NCBI GenBank assembly: GCA_030666865.1
Contig: DAOUWZ010000001.1
Location: forward strand, 44,753 to 108,752
From: a bacterium
GTDB lineage: Bacteria; Patescibacteriota; Patescibacteriia; S139-126
DNA length: 64,000 nucleotides
Direction of reading: 5' to 3'
The notes beneath the pieces are model-generated. The model was not told where the DNA came from. It saw nothing but the letters and a program-made list of their open reading frames with translations, and ran no database searches. Within the stretch, counting starts at the first letter, position 1; every line of letters starts with the position of its first letter. Below, piece after piece: positions 20,156 through 29,603 of the stretch. Position numbers and translations under genes: made by a program.

Positions 20156-20211
20156 TACAAGAAACAAGATACCTGCCTGCCGGCAGGCAGGAATTACAAA
20201 TTAAAAAATTC
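20156..20211 (+). repeat. ~55-bp direct repeat copy 2 (palindrome 20172-20191)
   Basis: Near identical to 19399-19453. Confidence 0.85.
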
Positions 20212-20393
20212 ACTAATCTAACCAAAGTTGTCTGACCGCTATACATTTATTTGACATTAAATCATTTTGATTTGATTTGATATTTAGATTTTTTAATTTG
20301 TATATAATAATAGTCTGTGTTATAATATTATTAACCCTAAACTAGGGTCATTCGTTAAGAAATAAAAATTACCTTTAGAAAGGAGGTGAAAAT

Positions 20394-20756
20394 ATGAAAA
20401 AACAAATTTTATCACTCGGAATTTTAACTGCTCTTTTAACTCCATTTGTAGCTTTTGGTCAAACTGATATGTTCGGAACTGGCTATGGAACAGCGATCGG
20501 CCTAGGAACTCAAGATGTTAGAGAAACTATTTCCAAAATTATTAATGTAGTATTAGGAATTTTAGGTATTGTAGTTACTTTGATTATCATTGCTGGTGGT
20601 TTCCGTTGGATGACTGCTGGTGGTAATGAAGAATCTGTTGCTCAAGCTAAAAAGATTATCAGTTCTGGTGTTATTGGTTTATTAATTATTATTGTTGCTT
20701 ACGCTTTATCTAACTGGATCTTCTCAGTTATTATTGGAGCTACTACCACTCCTTAG
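20394..20756 (+). CDS. VirB2/TrbC-like pilin (candidate major subunit)
   Basis: GGFRWMTAGGNEE; strong SD AAGGAGGTGA. Confidence 0.85.
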   Translation: MKKQILSLGILTALLTPFVAFGQTDMFGTGYGTAIGLGTQDVRETISKIINVVLGILGIVVTLIIIAGGFRWMTAGGNEESVAQAKKIISSGVIGLLIIIVAYALSNWIFSVIIGATTTP

Positions 20757-20791
20757 TATTTAAAATTAGTCTAAGTTAATTACCTCTTTTT

Positions 20792-21454
20792 TTGGTAATT
20801 AACTCAAATAAACAAATTTTGAAAGAAATTTATATAATGGATTCTCAGTTTTCACAAGTTAAAGATAGATCTATACGTTACCATATCACGGTGGCTGTCA
20901 TTCTGATAGCCACCGTGATTATTGGTTGCGGTTTGACCTTGGCTTCTATTTCTGCTGAAGAAATAAATCAAGGTCAGACTCATTTAGCTCAATACTATGG
21001 CTTAGATACTGCAGCTCCCAATGCTTTAACAAAACAGGATGATATCGCTACCCAGTCTGGAAAAATTATTAAAGCTATTTTAGGATTAACAGGTATAATA
21101 TTATTATATTTACTTGTTTTCGGTGGTTTCACTTGGATGACTGCTGGCGGTAATCCAGAAAAAATTGAAAAAGCTAGAAAGTTAATCACCAGCGCTATTA
21201 TTGGTTTCATTTTGATGTTTATGTCATATTCTCTCACTATATTAATTGCTAGAAATTTCTTTACTACGCCTAGTGAATCTCCGACATTAGGTCCAAATTC
21301 ATGTATTTGGACTGATGTAAGTCCTCCAACCACATATTGTTGGCAATGGACTAATGCTCCTCAAGCAGACTGTGATGCTGATGGTGGTACATTTAGCCCT
21401 AACACTCCATGTCCTGGACATACCGCTGACGAAGAAGGAGAATGGCCAATATAA
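20792..21454 (+). CDS. VirB2/TrbC-like pilin with Cys-containing tail (start probably 20837)
   Basis: GGFTWMTAGGNPE. Confidence 0.8.
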   Translation: MVINSNKQILKEIYIMDSQFSQVKDRSIRYHITVAVILIATVIIGCGLTLASISAEEINQGQTHLAQYYGLDTAAPNALTKQDDIATQSGKIIKAILGLTGIILLYLLVFGGFTWMTAGGNPEKIEKARKLITSAIIGFILMFMSYSLTILIARNFFTTPSESPTLGPNSCIWTDVSPPTTYCWQWTNAPQADCDADGGTFSPNTPCPGHTADEEGEWPI

Positions 21455-21461
21455 AATTATT

Positions 21462-21827
21462 ATGAAAAATATTATAAAAAAAATTTCTATTTTATTTGTT
21501 ACCCTCTTAATAAAAACAAATATTGTCCTAGCTCAAGACCCAGGCGCTATGCTTGGTAAGACAGGTTCTACAGCTGGTTTAAAAAATGTAGACACATCTC
21601 AACTAGTTGGACAAATTATCAAAGGATTTATTGGCTTTATGGGGACTGTTTTTATGTTATTGATAGTATATGCTGGATTTTTATGGATGACTGCCCAAGG
21701 CAATGAAGAAAAAATAACCAAAGCCAAAAATACTATTCAAAGCTCTGTTATTGGTCTTTTAATAGTAGCCCTGTCATATGTGATAGTTCAATTTGTATTT
21801 GACACTCTGATCGGCGCTGGCTTGTGA
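21462..21827 (+). CDS. VirB2/TrbC-like pilin
   Basis: AGFLWMTAQGNEE; ATG 21462 avoids overlap with the upstream gene. Confidence 0.85.
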   Translation: MKNIIKKISILFVTLLIKTNIVLAQDPGAMLGKTGSTAGLKNVDTSQLVGQIIKGFIGFMGTVFMLLIVYAGFLWMTAQGNEEKITKAKNTIQSSVIGLLIVALSYVIVQFVFDTLIGAGL

Positions 21828-21877
21828 TATAGTATATAGTATTTGGTATGTAGTATATAGGTAAATTCAACCCACTA

Positions 21878-21931
21878 TGTCATTCCGGAATTTTTCTGTA
21901 GTAAAACGAAAGAAAAATATCCGGAATCTAG
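21878..21931. repeat. TGTCATTCC-family palindrome
   Basis: tgtcattccgga...tccggaatctag, followed by aaacaaaaaa as at 1201. Confidence 0.65.
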
Positions 21932-21945
21932 AAACAAAAAAATAA

Positions 21946-22341
21946 ATGAAAAAAATATTCAAAAATTTAACTCTTTCCAGTATCACTACTTATTTTTTTA
22001 TGCTGAGTATAAAAATTGCTAATGCTTCAGCTCTGACAGATGCTCAAAAAGCAGCTAGTGATTCAGCTGATGCTGGAGGGTTAGCTAAAGATCAAGAATT
22101 ATCTGATGTTATAGGAACTATTATCAACTCCGCCATCGGGCTCTTGGGTAGTATTTTTATGTTATTGATAGTATATAGCGGGTTTTTATGGATGACTGCT
22201 CAAGGTAATGAGGAGCAAATTGGAAAAGCTAAAAAAATACTACAAAACTCCTCGATTGGACTATTGATAGTTATTTTATCTTTCTTAATATCACTATTTA
22301 TAATTAATGTAATAATTAAGGCTGAGAATCCAAATGTTTAA
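21946..22341 (+). CDS. VirB2/TrbC-like pilin
   Basis: SGFLWMTAQGNEE. Confidence 0.85.
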   Translation: MKKIFKNLTLSSITTYFFMLSIKIANASALTDAQKAASDSADAGGLAKDQELSDVIGTIINSAIGLLGSIFMLLIVYSGFLWMTAQGNEEQIGKAKKILQNSSIGLLIVILSFLISLFIINVIIKAENPNV

Positions 22342-22759
22342 TTATAAAAAAATATCATTCATTTTTGTGTTATCCTTGTTAATTTTTAATTTATTAGCAA
22401 TACCAATTTTAGTATCAGCTCAAACAACCACTCCAGCTAGTGTTAGAATCAAAGAAGGGATTACAGATACTGGGGCAAAAGCAGGCCTTGTTCAAGAAGG
22501 TACTGAAACAGAGCTACCGCTTATTATTATGAGAATTGTTAAACAATTACTTGCACTGCTTGGTACAATATTTACTATTTTGATAATGTATGGCGGATTT
22601 TTATGGATGACTGCTGGCGGAAATGAAGAACAAGTTGGCAAGGCTAGAAAAATATTGCAAAATGCCGTCATTGGTTTATTAATAGTGGCTCTATCTTATG
22701 CTATCAGCACTTTTATTATTGGTAATGTCCAAAAAGAAGTTGATCAAATTTATTTTTAG
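22334..22759 (+). CDS. VirB2/TrbC-like pilin
   Basis: GGFLWMTAGGNEE. Confidence 0.85.
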   Translation: MFNYKKISFIFVLSLLIFNLLAIPILVSAQTTTPASVRIKEGITDTGAKAGLVQEGTETELPLIIMRIVKQLLALLGTIFTILIMYGGFLWMTAGGNEEQVGKARKILQNAVIGLLIVALSYAISTFIIGNVQKEVDQIYF

Positions 22760-22773
22760 GTTCAGCTTATATA

Positions 22774-22808
22774 AAAAATCAGATTGTTAACAAACAATCT
22801 GATTTTTT
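22774..22808 (+). terminator. Terminator of the pilin array
   Basis: aaaaaatcagattgtt / aacaatctgatttttt. Confidence 0.7.
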
Positions 22809-22823
22809 GATTGATATTAATAT

Positions 22824-22852
22824 GTAGTGACAGAGCAATGCTTTGTCACTAC
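22824..22852. repeat. GTAG-type REP
   Basis: gtagtgacagagcaatgctttgtcactac. Confidence 0.75.
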
Positions 22853-22917
22853 GGTTTAAAAAAATAAATATTATATTGTTCAACTCTAGGTGTGGGTTTT
22901 ATTTAATATACATCTTT

Positions 22918-22957
22918 CATAAGTCCGACTTCTGGGACTCTAGAAGTCGGACTTATG
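22918..22957. repeat. TCCGA-family palindrome
   Basis: cataagtccgacttct...agaagtcggacttatg, 16-bp arms. Confidence 0.85.
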
Positions 22958-23028
22958 TACTTTTATAAATATTACCTAAAAAAAGAAAAAGCGGAAAACT
23001 GGTTCCGCCTTTTTTGAAAATTAAATCT

Positions 23029-23376
23029 TTATTGTCGTGTTCGTTTGCGAGCGTCCCTTGCTCGCATACGCTGAATAGATTCTTTGATCATGGCTCTGTC
23101 CTGTTCTGGACTTCCTGGAGCGCCTGTCATCCAAGCAGTACGATACCGGCTATAATCATAATTAATACGATAAATTATATGCTCATCCGGAGCATACATT
23201 ACTTTGATAATTAATTCATTAGCCTCCTTGGCGGTATAAAAACCTCCTTTCTTCATTTCCAAAACTTTCTCGGAAATTGAACGCTTGGTATAAGCGTTAA
23301 TTTGACCAATATTATAACAACTGGTCAATAAAATAACGCTTACCAACAATACAAATAAGATAATTGATCTTTTCAT
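23029..23376 (-). CDS. Hypothetical lipoprotein
   Basis: Lipobox LTSC, SD GGAGGT, downstream hairpin at ~22987-23014. Confidence 0.75.
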   Translation of the reverse strand: MKRSIILFVLLVSVILLTSCYNIGQINAYTKRSISEKVLEMKKGGFYTAKEANELIIKVMYAPDEHIIYRINYDYSRYRTAWMTGAPGSPEQDRAMIKESIQRMRARDARKRTRQ

Positions 23377-23550
23377 TGCACACCTCCATAATAATTTATA
23401 TTTCTGTTAATGATACTTTAAATCATTATAAAATAACATAAATATCAATATTTGTCAATGACATTAAAAAAAGATAAAATAAAGATAAGAAATTAAATAC
23501 TTATTAAAATACCTATTTAAATAAGTATTTAATTTTTATATACAATATGA

Positions 23551-23710
23551 CACACCCCGTCTTTGGCTAAAGCCAAAGCCACCCCTCTTGATAGAGGGGA
23601 ATAGCGACCGTAACGTTTTAATTAATAAATAAAGGAAAAGCAGGAATGACAGTAGAGATGCAAGAATAACAATACACCACCTTGTCACCTCTGCGCAGGC
23701 AGGGGTCTAG
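23551..23710. repeat. Cluster of palindromic repeats (CCCCTCT type 23551-23600; TGTCATTCC-family remnants 23640-23651 and 23683-23710)
   Basis: cacaccccg-ctttggctaaagccaaag-cccctcttgatagagggg; gcaggaatgaca; tgtcacctctgcgcaggcaggggtctag. Confidence 0.65.
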
Positions 23711-23765
23711 AAAATAAAAAAATATAATAATTTTAACTGGAACTAAAAATAAATTTAAAAACCAA

Positions 23766-25598
23766 GTGAAAATACTTAAAAATAAATTAAAACTAAATAA
23801 AAATATTATCTGGCTGGGAATTGGAATATATATTCTTCTACTGACAGCAATTACTTGGTTTAAATATTACCAACTTGGCTATAACGCGCTGGATTTAGCT
23901 ATTTTTAATAATATTTTTTTCAATGCCGCAAATGGCAATGGTTTCTGGTCATCTATTCAAGGTCATCATTATTTTGCTGATCATTTCGCGCCATGGCTTT
24001 ACGCCTTATTACCTATTTACTGGCTATGGCAATCCCCGCTTAACTTACTAATTATTCAGTCGGTTATTTTGAGCCTATCCGCTTGGCCGATTTACTTGAT
24101 TGCTAAAAAAATATTAAACCAAAAAGCAGCTATTATTTTATCACTGGCTTGGTTGCTTAATCCGCTAGTTTGGAATATAAATCTGCATGAATGGCACATT
24201 CTCCCCCTAGCCATCCCCTTGATACTACTGGCTTATTATTTTTATCTACAAAACAATTTAGGCAAATTCACTATTTTTATTCTATTAGCGATGCTGGTCC
24301 GGGAAGATGTGGCGATTGTAACTGGAATGTTTTCCATACTGGCCTTGCTAGACAAAAAAAAGCTCAAATGGATCATATTACCGGGATTATTAAGCGGGAT
24401 TTATTTCCTTGGTACCATGAAACTAATTAGTTTTTTTACTACCACTGGAACCAGATTTGCTATTTATTATCAATGGCTCATAAATACAACTTTTATTGAT
24501 TTTATTAAACATATTTTAAGCCTGGGTAATTTGGAAATGATTTTGGGCTTAACTCTAGCTTTTTTATTTCTACCATTTTTAAAACCAAAATATCTAATCC
24601 TGGCTTTGGGACCATTTTTACAATTTGTTTTAGGACGACCTGGTGGCAGCAACTTAATGATTGACACACATTACTCTAGTTTGTTCATTCCTGGACTCGT
24701 AATCAGTTCTCTTTGGGCAATTAAAATATTGCCACATAAGAACCCTCGCTTAAATAAATTAATAAAATTTGATCCTGGACTGACCAAACTAATCATTGTC
24801 TGCTGTCTGATATATTTAGTGATATTTTTGGGACCTGGACTTGGTGTTGGTAAAAAAATTATTAATCGCACGAACTATTCAGAATTGACTGAAAAAATAG
24901 CAACTATCCCAATAGAAGCTAGTGTAGCAACTGGATATTCACTATTGCCAATTTTATCATCTCGGATAAATACATATTCCCTGCATTATATTATGATTGG
25001 CAAGGAACAGTTCTCAGAAAATCAATATTTTTACACTACTCCTGATTATATTTTGATTGACAGTGACGATTTAATAACTTATGAATTACAATTTTCAAAT
25101 AATCCATATTATTCAAAATATTATCCCAAAGGCTTGGATAATATTCGCGATCTATTTTTATCAGGTCATACAGAAAACTATAGTGATATCAGGTATACAA
25201 CATATCAATCAAGCAATAACTTAATAACTTTTGAACAAGCCAAAAAAGACTTTATTAAACCAATAACGGTTTATCAGCTACCTCCTTTCACTATATATGT
25301 TGAGAATAATATCTTATACTGGGAAATTGAAAAAAAGGTAGATAAAAATTACTTCATCGCTGTCACTGGAGACGATTACACAAACTTTATTAAACCAATA
25401 AATCTTCTTACTCCAACTAGCCTTTGGAGTGATGAACTAATTTATAAATTACCATTACCAATATCTAAAAAAGATACCACCATATCAATTCAACTTTTAA
25501 CTATAGACAGTCAAATAGAAATAGACAGCTGGCGCGGAATAAAAAATAGTCCTAAACAAGAAATTATCGGCGAACCTATTGAGATAACTTTAAATTAA
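23766..25598 (+). CDS. DUF2079-like membrane protein (GT-C-like)
   Basis: DLAIF, DHFAP, LNPLV, HEWH, REDVA, many TM helices. Confidence 0.8.
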   Translation: MKILKNKLKLNKNIIWLGIGIYILLLTAITWFKYYQLGYNALDLAIFNNIFFNAANGNGFWSSIQGHHYFADHFAPWLYALLPIYWLWQSPLNLLIIQSVILSLSAWPIYLIAKKILNQKAAIILSLAWLLNPLVWNINLHEWHILPLAIPLILLAYYFYLQNNLGKFTIFILLAMLVREDVAIVTGMFSILALLDKKKLKWIILPGLLSGIYFLGTMKLISFFTTTGTRFAIYYQWLINTTFIDFIKHILSLGNLEMILGLTLAFLFLPFLKPKYLILALGPFLQFVLGRPGGSNLMIDTHYSSLFIPGLVISSLWAIKILPHKNPRLNKLIKFDPGLTKLIIVCCLIYLVIFLGPGLGVGKKIINRTNYSELTEKIATIPIEASVATGYSLLPILSSRINTYSLHYIMIGKEQFSENQYFYTTPDYILIDSDDLITYELQFSNNPYYSKYYPKGLDNIRDLFLSGHTENYSDIRYTTYQSSNNLITFEQAKKDFIKPITVYQLPPFTIYVENNILYWEIEKKVDKNYFIAVTGDDYTNFIKPINLLTPTSLWSDELIYKLPLPISKKDTTISIQLLTIDSQIEIDSWRGIKNSPKQEIIGEPIEITLN

Positions 25599-25610
25599 GT
25601 TGTATTGGAC

Positions 25611-25648
25611 ATACATCCGATGTCGGGAGTTCCCGACATCGGATGTAT
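25611..25648. repeat. TCCGA-family palindrome between convergent genes
   Basis: atacatccgatgtcggga-gt-tcccgacatcggatgtat, 18-bp arms. Confidence 0.85.
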
Positions 25649-25664
25649 ATCAGCTTATCAACTT

Positions 25665-27305
25665 TTACTCAACAAACTTAAATATACTAACCTCTTCATT
25701 TTGAAATACCAACTCCAAATAATCTTTATTGTAAGGATTGTAGGATCCAACTGAACGCTCTTGTTCACTATAAAATATATGAGTAATTCCATTATTCTTT
25801 AGCCAAAAATATTTTTTTTCATCCTGTCTATTATTAACAAAAAATATCCAAATCAAGCCTGTCTTAGCTTCATAATAAGCTGTTTCTACTCCATGACTGG
25901 CATAAACCCTTCTGCCTGCCACGCCTGGTATATAGTTACCAACCTTAGGTCCGCAAAATATTCTGGCATCTTGCTTGGTATTATTTTTCAACCAAATCAT
26001 TCCTTTATATAAATCCGCGGAATAATAAAAATGTTCTTCACCATCAACATAATAAACAGCATCCCTGGCAACATTATAAATACTAGATGGTATTAAAAAA
26101 AATAATATTAATAATCCAACGCCAATGTATTTATTGATTTTTTTAATTTTAATATTAGAACTAAAAAAATTATAAAGCCATCCAACAAATAAAATCATCA
26201 ATGGTATTTGTAAACCTTGCAACATACGTCGCTGCCAAGGTATTGGCAAATAAATCAATATTATTTGTACTATTATCCAAATAATCAAAAATAGATTATT
26301 TGGATTTTTTATTTTCTTATTTTTTATCAATTTATAAATTTGCCAAAGCGCTAATGGTAAAATTATACTAAAACCAGCTATCACCATTGATATATGAGGA
26401 GTAGGAGTCAAATTTTGAGCTGCTTTTACTACTGTTAGCCAATCACCAGCCATGTAATAAATATGATAAAAAACTCCAACTGAAGATATTACCCCAAAAA
26501 CAAAAAGTGGAATTAAGCTTTTTTGCGCTTTCTCTTTATCAACAAACAATAAAACTAACCAATAAATTCCAACTACAAAGTATACAGGTAAAATATGAAA
26601 AGGATGTCCAATAAATAATAAAATTCCGAGCAGACCAACACCAACACTATATAAATACGCTTTTAAGCGCGACATATTTTTATTAATTACAAGCAATAGT
26701 AATAAGTAAATAACTAATATTAACATCCATGAAATTAAATAATGCGGTGAATGCAGTATGGAAAGAAAAATAAATGCTTCTGGCACCCACATATCAATTG
26801 GCCAAAATAAAGTCGTAGCATAATCAGGCAGTAAACGAGACAAAGACAGTATCAGCCAAATGCCAACTCCCGTAGTTGTGGTTAATAACAATAAAGCAGT
26901 CCAAACTTGTTTTTTATTATTAAAAAAATATTTCAAAAAATACATTATCACCACGAGCAATATCCCTGTGCATAATATTCTAGCAATATGAAAGGTTACC
27001 AAAGGAGTTAAGCTAAAAAATTTTCCAAACAATCCGATCAAAAGCCAAAAAGGCCGAAACATCGGCCAGCTGTCCTCTGTAGTAAAAAGAGTATTTAAAA
27101 GATAATTACCGTCATTTATTTGGCTTAAATAAGATAAGTAAACATTAATATCGCCAAAAGCTAAGGAATGAATACCAGAAATAATTTCACCAGATTGAAT
27201 ATGCGAGTAAGAAAATAGCATTGGCAATAAAGAAATAAATGACAAAATAAACCAAAGCCCTAGCAGTCCCAACCAATCTTTTTTACTAAAAAATTTATTA
27301 CTCAT
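25665..27305 (-). CDS. Polytopic membrane protein, probable GT-C glycosyltransferase
   Basis: GDINVYLS, TTE, HPF, WLKNNT..IP...GRRVY tail; adjacent to a polyprenol-P-sugar synthase. Confidence 0.65.
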   Translation of the reverse strand: MSNKFFSKKDWLGLLGLWFILSFISLLPMLFSYSHIQSGEIISGIHSLAFGDINVYLSYLSQINDGNYLLNTLFTTEDSWPMFRPFWLLIGLFGKFFSLTPLVTFHIARILCTGILLVVIMYFLKYFFNNKKQVWTALLLLTTTTGVGIWLILSLSRLLPDYATTLFWPIDMWVPEAFIFLSILHSPHYLISWMLILVIYLLLLLVINKNMSRLKAYLYSVGVGLLGILLFIGHPFHILPVYFVVGIYWLVLLFVDKEKAQKSLIPLFVFGVISSVGVFYHIYYMAGDWLTVVKAAQNLTPTPHISMVIAGFSIILPLALWQIYKLIKNKKIKNPNNLFLIIWIIVQIILIYLPIPWQRRMLQGLQIPLMILFVGWLYNFFSSNIKIKKINKYIGVGLLILFFLIPSSIYNVARDAVYYVDGEEHFYYSADLYKGMIWLKNNTKQDARIFCGPKVGNYIPGVAGRRVYASHGVETAYYEAKTGLIWIFFVNNRQDEKKYFWLKNNGITHIFYSEQERSVGSYNPYNKDYLELVFQNEEVSIFKFVE

Positions 27306-28023
27306 AATATTTTTTAATGCTGGTGAACCTCAATTTAATTACTATATAAAAAAACTTAAAAATTTCTTTATAAGAAAGTTTGGACTTTCCTTTTGCTCGG
27401 TCATTAAAAATTACTGGCACTTCTTTTATTTTTCCCTGCAAGCGTTCTGTCAGCCACACTAATTCTTCTTGAAAAGAATAGCCACTGCTGTTTATTTTAT
27501 CAAGTGGCAATTTCGCTATCATGGATTTTCGATAACATCTGAAACCAGCTGTTACATCTTTTGTTTTTAACCCAAGTATAACCCTAGAAAAATCCATTGC
27601 TCCTCTGCTCATAAATCTTCTCAAGAATCCCCAGCCAACTATATCCCCTCCTTTAATTCTTCTGGAACCAATTATCAAATCATAACCTTCTTTGGCTGCA
27701 GCAACAAGCTTAGGAATATCATTTGGGTCGTGTGAAAAATCCGCATCCATCTCCATGATATATTCAGCCTGATCTAATAAAGCTTTTTTAAAACCTTGAA
27801 TATAAGCACTGCCAATCCCCATTTTACCTGACCGATGCAATACTTCAATATTATATTTATCTGCTAATCTATCAGCCATTTCACCAGTGCCATCAGGAGA
27901 ATTATCATCAATAATTAATACTTTTATTTCTAAATCTAATAAAAAAATTTTTTCTACCAGTTTAGAAATATTTTCTGCCTCATTATAAGTTGGAATTATT
28001 ATATAAATCATATTAATGATCAT
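27298..28023 (-). CDS. Polyprenol monophosphomannose synthase-like GT2
   Basis: IPTYNEAENI, DDNSPDGT, MDADFSHDP, DVTAGFR. Confidence 0.92.
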   Translation of the reverse strand: MIINMIYIIIPTYNEAENISKLVEKIFLLDLEIKVLIIDDNSPDGTGEMADRLADKYNIEVLHRSGKMGIGSAYIQGFKKALLDQAEYIMEMDADFSHDPNDIPKLVAAAKEGYDLIIGSRRIKGGDIVGWGFLRRFMSRGAMDFSRVILGLKTKDVTAGFRCYRKSMIAKLPLDKINSSGYSFQEELVWLTERLQGKIKEVPVIFNDRAKGKSKLSYKEIFKFFYIVIKLRFTSIKKYYE

Positions 28024-29603
28024 TTTAGTAATTTATCCTCTAAATTATCTGTTATATCAATAAATGCATAAGGAAATGCTTTAAGTGTATTGTAACTTTT
28101 ATCAGGTAACAATTCCAAACTATCTCCAAAATACTGATTACTAATCACTCGAAAAGTATTTACTGGAGAAATAGACTGATATAAATCATCATATTTTTTA
28201 TCAAAAAAATAATATGCATTTAATATAGCAAATCTTTCTTTTAAATATGAGCCATTGTATTTATTATAATTATAATATAAAGACGGACCATGATCAGCTT
28301 GCAATATTATAATACTTGGCCTAGTAGCATTTATTAATATTTTATCTATAGTTATTTGCAATGCTTTATCAATAAATATCAATTGATCTCCATAGTAATC
28401 ACTATATTTTTTTTGATTATATTCTCTTTCATCTTTATTTGATTCACATGGAGAGGTATAACCGCTATTATGTAAAATAAAAGATACCTCATTTAAAACC
28501 TCTCTTCCATTTTGATCAAAAACAAATGGAAAATGAGGTGAAACAATATGAGCTATTACAAATTTTGGACCATCCTCTTTGACAACTTCTGGCAGATTTT
28601 CAAAAGTATACAGAATACGACTGCGATGGGAATTAAAAATAGTATAATTAATCAATCTGATTGAAATATTTGATAAAGGAGTCATTCTTAATAAAACCTT
28701 ATGAAAATCATTAAATGTACCTTTTGGACCTAAATAATAATCAACATTTTTTTTCTCAGTAGCTGATGCACCAGTAGCAAAGCTATAAGTTTTATAACCC
28801 AAAGCTTCTAACTTCTTTTGAAAAATATTGTCATGTATTTTTCGAATTACTAAACCAGCATCTCTTGACTTTCTATCATAACCTTCATGATATTCCATAT
28901 TTAAAGATGAGGAGAGAGATAAGATAGTTTGTGGGTAATTAGTATAACTTTTTTCAGCTAGATAAAACCCCCTGTCTTTCAAAAAATTGATAAAATCACT
29001 ATTATCAATATCATATAACTCTTCTAAGATATCACTGCGAGCATGAGCGTCAGGAATAATATAATAAATATCAGGCAAAACTTCTGGCATTTCTTCTGTT
29101 TGAACTGCTTCTACTGGTAACTTACTGTTTAATCCTGCTTTAACCTGATATGAAACAATAGAATAGATTGAAAAAATACAAAGAATAACTGCGGTAATAT
29201 TTAAAAAATTATTTACTGCTCTTAACTTTTTGTCAGAAATGTATATACCTAAAAAGAATATTAAGGGAAATAAGGCGTAAGTTGACAGTATAATCAACTC
29301 TTTAACTTGATTTGTGACAAATAAAGAATTTAAAATAGTATTAAAAGGAAAATAATGTGTAAAAAACCATACTACAGATAACGAAGCTACAAAAGAAGCT
29401 CGGTATACACTTCGATAAAAAATAAAAACCGTCACCCAAATAATCCAAATAAATATTTCAATTATTAATATGGGTAAAAAAATATCATGCACATTTAAAT
29501 ATTGTTGATTAAATTCAAAAACATATAAAACCGGATAAGCAGCAAATAATATCACATTAATAAAAAACCAATTAAATTTTGTATTATGATTAATATTTTT
29601 CAT
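28020..29603 (-). CDS. Membrane-anchored sulfatase/alkaline-phosphatase-fold protein (NoeB-like), paralog 2
   Basis: About 5 TM helices, then PDIYYIIPDAH, TNYPQT, HxxxPHFPF, QADHG. Confidence 0.8.
   Translation of the reverse strand: MKNINHNTKFNWFFINVILFAAYPVLYVFEFNQQYLNVHDIFLPILIIEIFIWIIWVTVFIFYRSVYRASFVASLSVVWFFTHYFPFNTILNSLFVTNQVKELIILSTYALFPLIFFLGIYISDKKLRAVNNFLNITAVILCIFSIYSIVSYQVKAGLNSKLPVEAVQTEEMPEVLPDIYYIIPDAHARSDILEELYDIDNSDFINFLKDRGFYLAEKSYTNYPQTILSLSSSLNMEYHEGYDRKSRDAGLVIRKIHDNIFQKKLEALGYKTYSFATGASATEKKNVDYYLGPKGTFNDFHKVLLRMTPLSNISIRLINYTIFNSHRSRILYTFENLPEVVKEDGPKFVIAHIVSPHFPFVFDQNGREVLNEVSFILHNSGYTSPCESNKDEREYNQKKYSDYYGDQLIFIDKALQITIDKILINATRPSIIILQADHGPSLYYNYNKYNGSYLKERFAILNAYYFFDKKYDDLYQSISPVNTFRVISNQYFGDSLELLPDKSYNTLKAFPYAFIDITDNLEDKLLK

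Noticed and set aside
19399-20211. CRISPR array
   Set aside because: Only two repeats about 700 bp apart, no regular spacers and no cas genes in the window
21354-21461. Extended N-terminus of the fourth pilin ORF
   Set aside because: Overlaps the upstream gene by 100 nt; ATG 21462 gives a normal signal peptide
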